64,000 nt of DNA, taken from contig CATNEN010000037.1 in the NCBI GenBank assembly GCA_950097015.1, positions 992,001 to 1,056,000 of the forward strand, read 5' to 3'. This document shows, piece after piece, positions 13,601-25,900 of the stretch; the first letter of the stretch is position 1, and every line of letters starts with the position of its first letter. The translations under genes were made by a program, and so were the position numbers. Under the pieces are notes generated by a model. That model saw only the letters and a program-made list of their open reading frames with translations, was not told where the DNA came from and did no database searches. Source of the stretch: Macrostomum hystrix (lineage: Eukaryota > Animalia > Platyhelminthes).

Positions 13601-15093
13601 CGCCTTTCCTCACCTTGGCAAAGTTACTGGCGCTATCCGTAACGATGCGCACAACTTTGTCAGCGATGAGAAACTTTTCGTGCACCGCCGTGATAACCTG
13701 AGCCAAGGATTCCGCAGTAAAGCAGCAGCCGCCTTTTAATCGTTCAAAAGTCAGCAAGGCGAAACGGCGCTGACGCGACCTGGCGTCGATCCAGTGCACA
13801 GTCATGCTCAGGTATGTTCTGCTGTGCTGCGTCCAACAGTCCGCCGTGGTGGCAACGTGCGTCACTTGGCTGAGGGTACTGCGAAGGTGAGAAAGGCAGC
13901 AAGCAAGGAAAAATGCTATTCGTGAAAAAAAATTATTTCTCTTTCATTCCATTCGGCCTACTGAGAGTAGCGTGCAAGGCATCGGAGTTACAATTTTTCC
14001 AATTGTAACTCGATTCTGCCGCAGGGCCACATTCATTTGGGGCGCAGCCGCAGTTAGAAGGTTTGGGGGCTTGCTGTGCAATTTTATGCCCTCGAGGGCC
14101 CACCTCCAAGGCACAGTGAAATTGTAGACTGCCTGACACTGCCTGTGTGAGTGTGTGCCTGCGTACAGTATCTGTGTGCGTGTGTGTTCAGGAGTCAGCG
14201 AAATGGGGCAGAATTGCCTCCTCGCTGGCTGCGGGTCTAGTGCCACAAAAGAATGTGCAATGAAATTTTTTTTTATTATGGTTGTTTAAATTTATCTACC
14301 TAATAAGTTCAGCTTCCATTTGTTCGCAATTTTCGACAATCTTTCGACAGAGAGCTTCGCTCGACAAAAGCGCCACGCGTCTATTTAACAGTTGCGACAA
14401 CTGCAAAAACGACTTGTCCTCAACCAGCCGCAGTGGCAGCATATTAGACACAAACAGGTCAACAATGGCTTGATCCACCTGCTCCTGCGAACATGATTCT
14501 TCTTGTGACTCGCCAAACACCGACTGCTGCCAGCTTTTCGAAGAGTCTATTCTACGCTTTTTTAACAGCGAAGATCCCTGCGCAGCTGGCACCGTCTGGG
14601 AAGGCATCTCGCCAGAGGCCGATGTTGATGCCGCCCAGCCGTGCGGATTTGAGGCGGTGGCGGCGGCGGCAGCTACGGCCGACTGAGATTTGCGACCCCG
14701 GTGCGAATTTCTTGACAGAAGCGCCAGAAATGACTCCTGCTCAGGCAGGTGCTTTCTAGCAATGTGACTCTTCAAATTGTTAAACGAAGATTTGTGACAT
14801 CGCAATCTTTTCACAGCCGGGCCGCACAGCATGCACTGATAGGAGAGGTTGCCGCCACTGTCGCCAGACAATAATTGAAAAAATTGGCCAAGGTAGGGCC
14901 AAGGATTGCGCAGCGCAGGCAAATCTTCAGCAAATTCGGCTACTTTCACTTCTTGTTGCAGAGACAGTGCTGGTCCATTGTCTGCGTCAAACTGCATACT
15001 GATAATGCTCTCCTCTGCAGCTTCAGCCTCGACTTCATCTGCCTCTGCTGCCAGTACTTCAGCAGCTGAAGCATCCCATTGGTTAACAGAATC
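10635..15093 (-). CDS. BED zinc finger + hAT transposase-derived protein (ZBED-like, probably domesticated), at least 3 exons, up to ~856 aa recovered
   Basis: Exons 15093-14300, 13878-13614, 12146-10635 join in frame (phase 2, phase 0). BED finger W..F...CMLC...LKSHIARKH; hAT motifs TADCW, VTDSASN, RCASH, WTSVY, LDEF...PIA.A.DILE; C-terminal dimerization region PAPTFSSGLQRLL (Gln where hAT has ERLFS Glu). First ATG at 14997; frame stays open to an acceptor at 15093, upstream exon unresolved. Confidence 0.85.
12201..13508. repeat. 32-bp minisatellite (GACCGCTATCCACTTCACTGTGTCTGGTAGCA), ~41 copies, intron of hAT-derived gene
   Basis: Period 32; two variants (gaccgc/gacctc). Confidence 0.97.
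14005..14240. other. Duplicated non-coding element, copy A (intron of hAT-derived gene)
   Basis: Colinear similarity to 19515-19720, e.g. GCAATTTTATGCCCTCGAGGGCCCACCT vs GCAATTTACGCCCTCGAGAGCCAACCT; AGAATTGCCTCCTCGCT identical. Confidence 0.75.
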
Positions 15094-18000
15094 CTGAAAA
15101 ATATAAACATTGCGGTTATTTTAGTGATGTTTTGCAAGGCTTATCGATTTTCATGTGCAATAAATAAAAAGGAAATTACACATTTAAATGTCTACTATGA
15201 TTAGAATGGTAGTGATGATATTCGAACATTTTAGTATGTGGCTAGAGAAATATATATTGTGCTTAAAAAGAAAATTAAATCTTTTTAACTTGACTCGATA
15301 ATTATTGAAATTAAAGTGGGAAAATACCATTGACCAAATACTAAAATGTTATATGAAAAATGGAATAAATAATTATGTCCAAGTTATTTATCAAACTTCT
15401 ATAACTACTTGTAAAGTATGCAATTGTGTATGATAATAAAGTAATTACTTTGTCAATTAAATAGTAGTTCAACTTTTGAAGCATTATATCCATGTCCACC
15501 ATGACTACATCAACATTAGTTATCACTTCTTTACTAACAGAATTAGTAAAAAAGAAGATTTTTTTGTATTAGCTGTGTTGCTAATACAAAAAGCTATTCA
15601 CTACTCTAGTAGTGAATAAAAAATGTACATGTTAGATAAAAAGTTAAGAAAAAAACTAATAATTTTTAAAATAAATTAATATAACAGAAATATAAACATA
15701 TAAGAGATATGCTCATAGGAACATATAGGCTAATATGGGTTATGACACTAGGAATTACTTTGCCATTTCTATTGGATACCACTCAATGTATTTGTGGCTA
15801 CTATATTGTCTTGTAGTTGTCACATTATTAGACAATATATTTAATCCATAAGCTTTGAATAAATAGGCTACATGGTAAAACATTCACCGACCTAATGCAA
15901 TACAAATGGCCCTACCATTTAGCCAATAATATTAAATAATTATATTATATCTATTATTTACATAGTATAACAAGTATAAACTATAATTAGCTGCAAAGTA
16001 CATTCATAAAATATTTTAAGACTTCAAAGATTAAAGTGTCAATCAGCTTCTCTATATATTCAGACACATAAAAAGTGGCTCTATATTTACACCAAAAACC
16101 AAAAAATGATATAAAAAACAGGTTCCTAATAGAAGTGCTTCAAAGACTCCCATTACAATTTACAATAAAAGATGGGCAAAAATGATAATGCAAAGCTAAA
16201 GAGAGATGTCTTTGATATGTGCATGCTATGAAATTTCAGATTTGTTTTAGATAAATTTGTGGCTGACAAGGAAAAATTGGCCTCAAATCAAAACCAGTCT
16301 TAAGTATTCAGTAAAATAAACTGTATTTTACTAGAATTGTTATGCAATATTTTTTCTTTTCATTAAATACTTTATTATAATAAATGTATTTTACATTTGT
16401 TATATTCATGATTTTTTCTACAGTAATATAACAGCTTCAGTAAAATGGTCATGCAACATCAATAAAATATTTTAAGCTTTTTGATCTGCCTTGACTAACA
16501 TTTATTTAATTAATAGCTAATAGTAAAGCTAAGCTGCTTTTATCGCAGAAATATTTGCTAAATTTACAAAATTTTAAAGAATCCTATGATAGGCCTGCAC
16601 AGTGCATTAGCTGTGTTGCTAATACAAACACAGCTGTATTAGTATTGTGAGGGTTCACTTTAAGCTGCTGCTTAAATATTATCTTTTTTCATGTGCACAT
16701 TCACAAAACACTGAGTTATCCGAAACAAATTGTTCTGTATGTTGCTCTTAATGAAAACCGAAATAGTAAAAGAAAAATATTTATATATAACTACACATAA
16801 GGCACGCACAGGGCTTGGAGACACATTAGTTATTAAGTATGTTGGTTTCATAGAAAGCATAAAAGTTAAAAATGTGGTAAAGATGATTCCTTAGTTTTTG
16901 TCTAAGCTTTTTTAATAATATATAAAGAAAGTGTTCCATTGCGTCTTTACTTTTTAGTAGAACTAACTGGAATTTTTTTATTACCTATGTGTTATTCTTT
17001 GTAAACAGCAACAATTTAAACGCTTCCATTTCTAAAATTATGTGAAAATGCCTTTATTGAATAAATATTGTGGTGCACGTAGGTTAATAAGTCACTTACA
17101 ATAATGTTTCTAATGGAAGGTAATGGTAATGATATAAACCTGCAAGAAAATAAACAGAATTGTATTTTTTAAGTAATCATACCGCTTTTTTATAACGTTT
17201 ATAAGTAGTCAATCGCATAATGTTGCAGTTCTTACAATACAACTTTTAAGTTATAAGCAACAATATATACTTAATAGTCCCATCCTATAACATGTGTACG
17301 TAAAGCAAATTTTTGACCAATATTAATGAATAATTAATATTTTGTTGGCATAGCTAGCATTCTTCTTATTGGAAATTTACGAGTTTAAATAATAACTTAG
17401 TATTTTAATTAGAAATATAGCTTCCTAAATTATATCAATATTAGTAGTTTCAGTAGGGGCCAAGCTCTAATATTTTAGAGCTTCGGGCAATGTTATATTT
17501 TTTTACAGTTTTAATATCATTTGCTTGGGCCTATAGCCATTGTGAGGATCATATTTGGATCTGATCCACTTTGGCAACAACATATCTCCATATTTGTAAT
17601 TGCAGGTATATTTGTTAAACCAGTGCTAGTTTGTTTCGCAGTTGCATAAGAATTTATACAATTGTCTTTTTTTAATTCAGCACTTAACATCAGCAAAATG
17701 TTTATTTTAAGTTGCAGTTTTAGTCAGTTTCAGTCAGTTAATTAGTTAAGTCAACTGGTACATATAGTCACCAAATATATATCCCCCTGATTTCACCAAC
17801 CAAAGAATGCACCAACCTATTAACTATCATTTTTGTTTTAGGTAGGCATAATAGTATAATTTTAAGCTTTTTAATAGGTAATTAAAAATATAATAATGAA
17901 ATTGGATAAAGGCATCACTTGAAACTTCTGCTCTTTTTATACTTAAATTTTTTATACAATTATCTTTTAAAAAGAATCAAGTATCAGTGGGTACCTAGTA

Positions 18001-19010
18001 GCAAAAATGCAACTGCACACTAGGTACAAGGTATATGTTTTTATTGCCATAGCTATATTGAAATCATAACTACACCCTGTATCTCATGCTCTTAAGAGCG
18101 TTTCTTAAGGTCATCCTTCATAGCTATCTGTTGCAGGTGTGCAAAGCAGTGGAGAAACAGAAGGCTAATGAGTTTGGTGGCCTTCATCATTTAAGATCTA
18201 GAATCTCAAACCATCAAGAAGATGGTTCAAGCCTGTTTGATCAAGCTTGTTCATGGAATAGCTAATTAGTAAAGCAATATTCTTGCCTGTCTAGGAACAT
18301 CAAATGGCACAGCAGCAACAAAAACTGAAGCTTTAGTTCATTTTCCATCAGATGCTATTGTCATTTTCACAAAATCTATAGTATAAGATAGTATCCTATG
18401 CAATCTAGATGCAATCTAGTTTTATTATCAGTAGTCATGATAAGTTCCTAGTTTCTCTTTTAGGAATTTATCACTTCCAGCAACTGCTGGGTGCCCCAGT
18501 AATTAATACTAATTTAACAGAAGTTTTTGTTCTTACCTTCTTTGGTTTTGTGGTCCTTTTTGTTTGCGGCCAGCTTTGAGTGCTTTGATGCGCTTGGCTT
18601 CTGGTTGTCTTTCAGGTACCTGGATCGTTTAAAAGCAAGAGAATTTAATTTATTCTCCTTGTCTCGGTTGTGGTTCCACTGGGCCAATAGTAATCAGGGG
18701 TAGTATCTTCCTGATTCTGATTTGTTGTTGATGTCAGTTAAACAATAGTTACTTGTGGAGTGTGTAATATAATCAATGTAGTCACACATCTGTAATTACG
18801 CTTTAATTGTTGGTTTAGTGATTACTCGGAGAGGTTTAACTTAGCTCAAGAAAAGCCTTACTAATTAATAATTAGTTAATTAGGATAATTCAAGGAACTC
18901 TTACCACAAGTCTTGGACCTGTAGTCCAATCCACTCTCAGTTTTCTCTTTTCTGCAAGACTCTGCTCGTCTCGGCGAGACTCTGAATCTGGGCTCGCTTT
19001 GGAGCTCTTG

Positions 19011-19020
19011 TATTTATATA
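19011..19020 (-). promoter_or_regulatory. Candidate TATA box (TATATAAATA) for a minus-strand transcript, head-to-head with AP1G1
   Basis: Followed on - by a strong donor GTG|GTAAGA at 18905 and further exon-like segments; motif evidence only. Confidence 0.35.
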
Positions 19021-19514
19021 GAATCAGACCCTCCCGGGTTCGATGAGTGCGTTTAAAGTACAGGTGTAAAAATAGTGTCAAAAAGTCTGGGTCAACACTT
19101 GACAACTTGAGAGGTTAGATTTTTTTACAACTAAACTAGTAGAAGCGCAAAAAGATGGATTATCGCTTTCTTGACCTTTTGATTGATTTTGGGTAACATG
19201 ATTGGTGGGATCGCTGGTTGCTTATGACATAAAAATTGATTGGATACTATTAATAGTAGTCACATGATTTTTGATTGATTCGATTCTCCTTTTTTGGTAA
19301 AATGAATCACATGCTGTACTTGTATGTTTTCTAGTTCGCATTTTCTAAAAATACTACTAAGCGGATGAGTAGAGTAGCACATGATTGATGAGTTAGCGCA
19401 TGATTGGTTAAAATAAATAGTGCCGTAATTCTGCACTCTACAGTCACCTGTCAGAATTGGCTTGCAGCTCTGACATTCTAAGATGCCACTTCTGGTCCAA
19501 GGGACCAAGGTCGC

Positions 19515-19720
19515 TGAGCTCGATTTTGCTGCGAGGACACATCAATGTGGGGGACAGCCACAGAGAAGAGGCTTGGTGGCTTGTCATGCAATTTACGCCC
19601 TCGAGAGCCAACCTGGTTAACGATGAGAAAGCCAGTGTAGATGTACACACTGTGTGTGAGTGTGTGCTCAGAAGTCAGCAAATAGGGTAGAATTGCCTCC
19701 TCGCTTTCTCCAGGTCTAAA
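19515..19720. other. Duplicated non-coding element, copy B (upstream of first recovered AP1G1 exon)
   Basis: Same orientation and block order as 14005-14240. Confidence 0.75.
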
Positions 19721-19903
19721 TGATGTGCCCGTCAGCATTCCTGCAATTATTTTTATGTTAGAGTTCGAATTATTACTAATATTGAGTCATGAGCCAGCGG
19801 CATTTTTATATACAGATCTAGGAAACAATTCCAGAATTTATTTCCTGCGTAATTTAGAACAGGTATTATCAACACAATATAACGTAGTGTCTTATCTTTG
19901 CAG

Positions 19904-22900
19904 AAGGGGATAATTGCTCCAACGCCTAAGCGGCTGCGCGATCTGATCCGCGAGATCCGGTCGGCCCGCACGGCAGCCGAGGAGCGGGCCGTGGTGAATC
20001 GCGAATGCGCCCAGATACGAGACAGTTTTCGCGAGGAGGACAACACTTATAGGTGTCGCAATGTGGCTAAATTGCTCTATATTCACATGCTGGGCTATCC
20101 GGCCCACTTTGGCCAGATGGAGTGCCTCAAGCTGGTAGCGTCACCAAAGTTCACAGATAAGCGCATTGGCTATCTTGGCGCCATGCTTCTATTGGACGAG
20201 CGCACCGACGTTCACCTATTAGTGACTAACTCGGTCAAGAATGATATGAACCACAGCACCCAGTACATTGTGAGCTTGGCCCTGTCCACCCTAGGCAGCA
20301 TCTGCAGCGCCGAGATGAGTCGCGATTTAGCCGGCGAAGTTGAACGATTAGTAAAGTCTAGCAATGCTTACATACGCAAGAAGGCCACTTTGTGCGCTTT
20401 AAGGATCATTCAGAAAATACCAGACCTAATGGAGGTTTACATCCCTTGCGCTAGATCGCTGCTAAACGAGAAGAACCATGGTGGGTTTTAGTATTTATTA
20501 TTTCTCTAGAGCAAAGAAATGTGTTACTTTTAGTTGAGATTGTTTTTCTGTCAGTTAGCGGTGTAAATTTGAAGTTGATGTGATTGGTTGTACATTTGAG
20601 TTATACATTTAGTGTGCGGAGGTTGTGTAACAGTGAGTGTACATTTAGTGTGTGGAGGTTGTCTATCAGTGATAGTACATTTAGTGTGAGGAGGTTGTTT
20701 AACAGTAGTGTATATATAGTGTGAGTACTATATTAACAGTGGGTGTACATTTAGTGTGAGGAGTTTGTTTACCAGTGAGTGAACATTTAGTGTGACGTGG
20801 TTGATTAGCAGTGAGTGTGCATTTAGTGTGACGTGGTTGGTTAGCAGTGAGTGTTTTTTTAGTGTGACGTGGTTGGTTAGCAGTGAGTGTGCATTTAGTG
20901 TGACGTGGTTGGTTAGCAGTGAGTGTGCATTTAGTGTGACGTGGTTGGTTAGCAGTGAGTGTGCATTTAGTGTGACGTGGTTGGTTAGCAGTGAGTGTGC
21001 ATTTAGTGTGACGTGGTTGGTTAGCAGTGAGTGTGCATTTAGTGTGACGTGGTTGGTTAGCAGGTTAGCAGTGGGTGTACATTTAGTGTGAGGAGGTTGT
21101 TTACCAGTGAGTGAACATTTAGTGTGACGTGGTTGGTTAGCAGTGAGTGTTTTTTTAGTGTGACGTGGTTGGTTAGCAGTGAGTGTTTTTTTAGTGTGAC
21201 GTGGTTGGTTAGCAGTGAGTGTACATTTAGTGTGACGTTGTTGGTTAGCAGTGAGTGTACATTTAGTGTGCGGAGGTTGTGTAACAGTGAGTGTACATTT
21301 AGTGTGTGGAGGTTGTCTATCAGTGATAGTACATTTAGTGTGAGGAGGTTGTTTAACAGTAGTGTATATATAGTGTGAGTACTATATTAACAGTGGGTGT
21401 ACATTTAGTGTGAGGAGTTTGTTTACCAGTAAGTGAACATTTAGTGTGACGTGGTTGATTAGCAGTGAGTGTGCATTTAGTGTGACGTGGTTGGTTAGCA
21501 GTGAGTGTTTTTTTAGTGTGACGTGGTTGGTTAGCAGTGAGTGTTTTTTTAGTGTGACGTGGTTGGTTAGCAGTGAGTGTGCATTTAGTGTGACGTGGTT
21601 GGTTAGCAGTGAGTGTGCATTTAGTGTGACGTGGTTGGTTAGCAGTGAGTGTGCATTTAGTGTGACGTGGTTGGTTAGCAGTGAGTGTGCATTTAGTGTG
21701 ACGTGGTTGGTTAGCAGGTTAGCAGTGGGTGTACATTTAGTGTGAGGAGGTTGTTTACCAGTGAGTGAACATTTAGTGTGACGTGGTTGGTTAGCAGTGA
21801 CTGTTTTTTTAGTGTGACGTGGTTGGTTAGCAGTGAGTGTTTTTTTAGTGTGACGTGGTTGGTTAGCAGTGAGTGTACATTTAGTGTGACGTTGTTGGTT
21901 AGCAGTGAGTGTACATTTAGTGTGCGGAGGTTGTGTAACAGTGAGTGTACATTTAGTATGCGGAGGTTGTGTAACAGTGAGTGTACATTTAGTGTGCGGA
22001 GGTTGTGTAACAGTGAGTGTACATTTAGTGTGCGGAGGTTGTGTAACAGTGAGTGTACATTTAGTATGCGGAGGTTGTGTAACAGTGAGTGTACATTTAG
22101 TGTGCGGAGGTTGTGTAACTGTGAGTGTACATTTAGTGTGCGGAGGTTGTGTAACAGTGAGTGTACATTTAGTGTGCGGAGGTTGTGTAACAGTGAGTGT
22201 ACATTTAGTATGCGGAGGTTGTGTAGCAGTGAGTGTACATTTAGTATGCGGAGGTTGTGTAACAGTGAGTGTACATTTAGTGTGCGGAGGTTGTGTAACA
22301 GTGAGTGTACATTTAGTGTGCGGAGGTTGTGTAACAGTGAGTGTACATTTAGTGTGCGGATGTTGTGTAACAGTGAGTGTACATTTAGTGTGCGGAGGTT
22401 GTGTAACAGTGGGTGTAAATTGATTGACGTGTACTTTTCTGGCAGTTTTTTGGTTGGCTTTTTGAAAATAGCTGTATAAATAAAACTATTTTTCAAAAAT
22501 GAGAATGTATATTTCTCAGTTATCGTAATTACAAACTGCTCAAATTTCAGGCGTTCTACTCACAGCTGTGTGCCTCATCTCGCAAATGTGCATTCTCAGT
22601 GTGGACACTCTGAACCACTTCAGAAGGGTGAGTGTCGGATAGATCATTGCTAGACACGCCTTTAATAAGCAGTTTTCCCTTTAGTACCCATGTTGTTTAA
22701 TGAATATTAGTCTAGACTCTGATTAATTTTTTTATAAATCGATGTGGAAATGTACGTTCTGCTCGCCTGATATGCAAAGGTTTTGGATTACTATCTATTA
22801 GCTAGTTTTAGTAAAACAACTTACTGCACATACATACTCCAATAATTATACGAGCTATTGTCTTAACTCTTAGTGCGCAACCTTTCTTGTTAATTAACTT

Positions 22901-25900
22901 TCTACGTATTTACTACATAGAAACTATATTTATCACATGAGGGAAGAAATGTATCATTCCAAAACTTAAGAATCATTCCAAAACTTAAGAATCATTCCAA
23001 AACTTAAGAATCATTCCAAACCTTAAGAATCATTCCAAAACTTATGAATCATTCCAAAACTTAAGAATCATTCCAAAACTTAAGAATCATTCCAAAACTT
23101 AAGAATCATTCCAAACCTTAAGAATCATTCCAAACCTTAAGAATCATTCCAAAACTTAAGAATCATTCCAAAACTTATGAATCATTCCAAACCTTAAGAA
23201 CCATTCCAAACCTTAAGAATCATTCCAAACCTTAAGAATCATTCCAAACCTTAAGAATCCTTCCAAACCTTAAGAATCATTCCAAAACTTAAGAATCATT
23301 CCAAAACTTAAGAATCATTCCAAACCTTAAGAATCATTCCAAAACTTAAGAATCATTCCAAAACTTAAGAATCATTCCAAAACTTAAGAATCATTCCAAA
23401 CCTTAAGAATCATTCCAAACCTTAAGAATCATTCCAAAACTTAAGAATCATTCCAAAACTTATGAATCATTCCAAACCTTAAGAACCATTCCAAACCTTA
23501 AGAATCATTCCAAACCTTAAGAATCATTCCAAACCTTAAGAATCCTTCCAAACCTTAAGAATCATTCCAAAACTTAAGAATCATTCCAAAACTTAAGAAT
23601 CATTCCAAACCTTAAGAATCATTCCAAAACTTTAGAATCATTCCAAAACTTATGAATCATTCCAAACCTTAAGAATCATTCCAAACCTTAAGAATCATTC
23701 CAAAACTTAAGAATCATTCCAAAACTTAAGAATCATTCCAAACCTTAAGAATCATTCCAAAACTTAAGAATCATTCCAAAACTTAAGAATCATTTCAAAA
23801 CTTAAGAATCATTCCAAAACTAGAGAATCGACTTGACTTCTGTTGAATATCTTTCCTTTTCTTAGAATGTACATTTTATTAAGTCTCAAAGTACAAAGTC
23901 TATTGTGTGAATCAACTCTCTTTGCTCATTTGTTGCAGTACAACGATGGAGAGGTAACAAAGTCATATTGGCTTTTATTTTTACACGCTTCCTCCCTTTT
24001 ATCGGAAGTGACAGTAAAGTTAATTGGGTCTGGTGACAAAATAAGATTTTTTGTTTTTTTATACCCACCGTGTTCAAAAGACTATTACTACTCAGAAGTG
24101 TTCCTGAGTAGTATAAGTATAACTAGTAGGTCACTAATAAGCGTACGAAAAGTTAAATTATTAGTATTATTGTTTTTAATTGAGGTGAATTGTTTCATTT
24201 AAATTAATGAATTTTTTCAATTTAGGAAATGTACTTTTTACTACCTAAAGTGCAGGTGCTTCAATGCCTCCATTAATAATTTAACATCTTGGCTCTACGC
24301 ATGAATTTTATTTTAGGGTCATCATATTTTTTCCTAGCTGCAATAAGTTAAGACACTACTCAAAGTAGGAAAAAGAAATGTCGAAGTGACTAGGTAGTCT
24401 GAGCAATAATAAGGATAAATTATTGCTATAATATCCAGCTATAGACATGTTTGATTGATACTATAGATCACCTATCACTCAATGTTGGCATCCCTAAAGG
24501 TGCTAGAACCTGTCTAAAAGTTTTTATTAAGATAAGAAGTTGTACATTTGTTATATTCAATTGTTTTTTTAATGAAAAAGAAATCTAATATCTAAAAATG
24601 ATTGTTAGTGTCGTCAAAAAGCATTAAGCATTCGTTGCTATCTGTTTTCGTATTGGCTAATTTAATTGACATCCTTATTAATGTTAGTCCCTTGTTAATC
24701 AATGTTATCAAATATCGCCCCCGTTTAGTTGGTGCCAAATCTGGTTCGAATCCTGAAGAATCTCATCATGGCCGGCTATTCTCAGGATCACGATGTCAAT
24801 GGCGTGAGCGATCCGTTCCTACAGGTGCGCCATTATTCGCTTATATAAGATTCCGTCATTCGAATAAGAGCCACGTAATTACAATGATTAATAACTTGCA
24901 GGTGAAAATATTGCAACTACTTCGCATCCTGGGGCACAATGATCCTAGCGCTAGCGAACAGATGAACGACATCTTGGCGCAGGTAGGAAACTATTGTTTT
25001 TGTTGCTTATCTATATTGATTGATTGTCTATCTTATTGGTTTCCTAGAATCAAGCTTTTTAGTCAATCTGCTATAACAAATGTCATTTTAGACTCGAATG
25101 TTCATATTTTCTGTATCTTTACATTTGGGATTTCCCTAAAGTAGGGGTTTTCCTAGGATTTTCCTAGACTGGTGTTTTTCCTGGGATTTCCCTAAACTGG
25201 CGTTTTTGGATTAGATTTTGGATTACTATCTATTAGCTAGTTTTAGTAAAACAATTTACTGCACATACATACTCCGATAATTATACGAGCTATTGTCTTA
25301 ACTCTTAGTGCGCAACCTTTCTTGTTGTTAAACTTTCTACGTATTTACTACATAGAAACTATATTTATCACATGAGGGAAGAAATCTATCATTCCAAACC
25401 TTAATAATCATTCCAAACCTTAATAATCATTCCAAACCTTAAGAATCATTCCAAACCTTAATAATCATTCTAAACCTTAATAATCATTCTAAACCTTAAG
25501 AATCATTCCAAACCTTAAGAATCATTCCAAACCTTAATAATCATTCCAAACCTTAATAATCATTCCAAACCTTAAGAATCATTCCAAACCTTAAGAATCA
25601 TTCCAAACCTTAATAATCATTCCAAACCTTAATAATCATTCCAAACCTTAATAATCATTCCAAACCTTAAGAATCATTCCAAACCTTAAGAATCATTCCA
25701 AACCTTAATAATCATTCCAAACCTTAATAATCATTCTAAACCTTAATAATCATTCTAAACCTTAAGAATCATTCCAAACCTTAATAATCATTCCAAACCT
25801 TAATAATCATTCCAAACCTTAATAATCATTCTAAACCTTAATAATCATTCTAAACCTTAAGAATCATTCCAAACCTTAATAATCATTCCAAACCTTAAGA

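Noticed and set aside
17400-18500. Possible C/D snoRNAs on - (ATGATGA at 18190-18184, hairpins near 18435-18475 and 17460-17485)
   Set aside because: No properly spaced C and D boxes with a terminal stem or recognisable antisense element; not supportable by eye.
19043-19063. ATG...CAG|GTGTAA micro-exon as the definitive AP1G1 start
   Set aside because: Phase fits but the donor is weak and it sits 23 bp from the opposite-strand TATA; kept only as a weak candidate.
23815-23830. CTAG at the end of the first 19-bp array as a Helitron 3' end
   Set aside because: No subterminal hairpin, not followed by T, and absent from copy 2.
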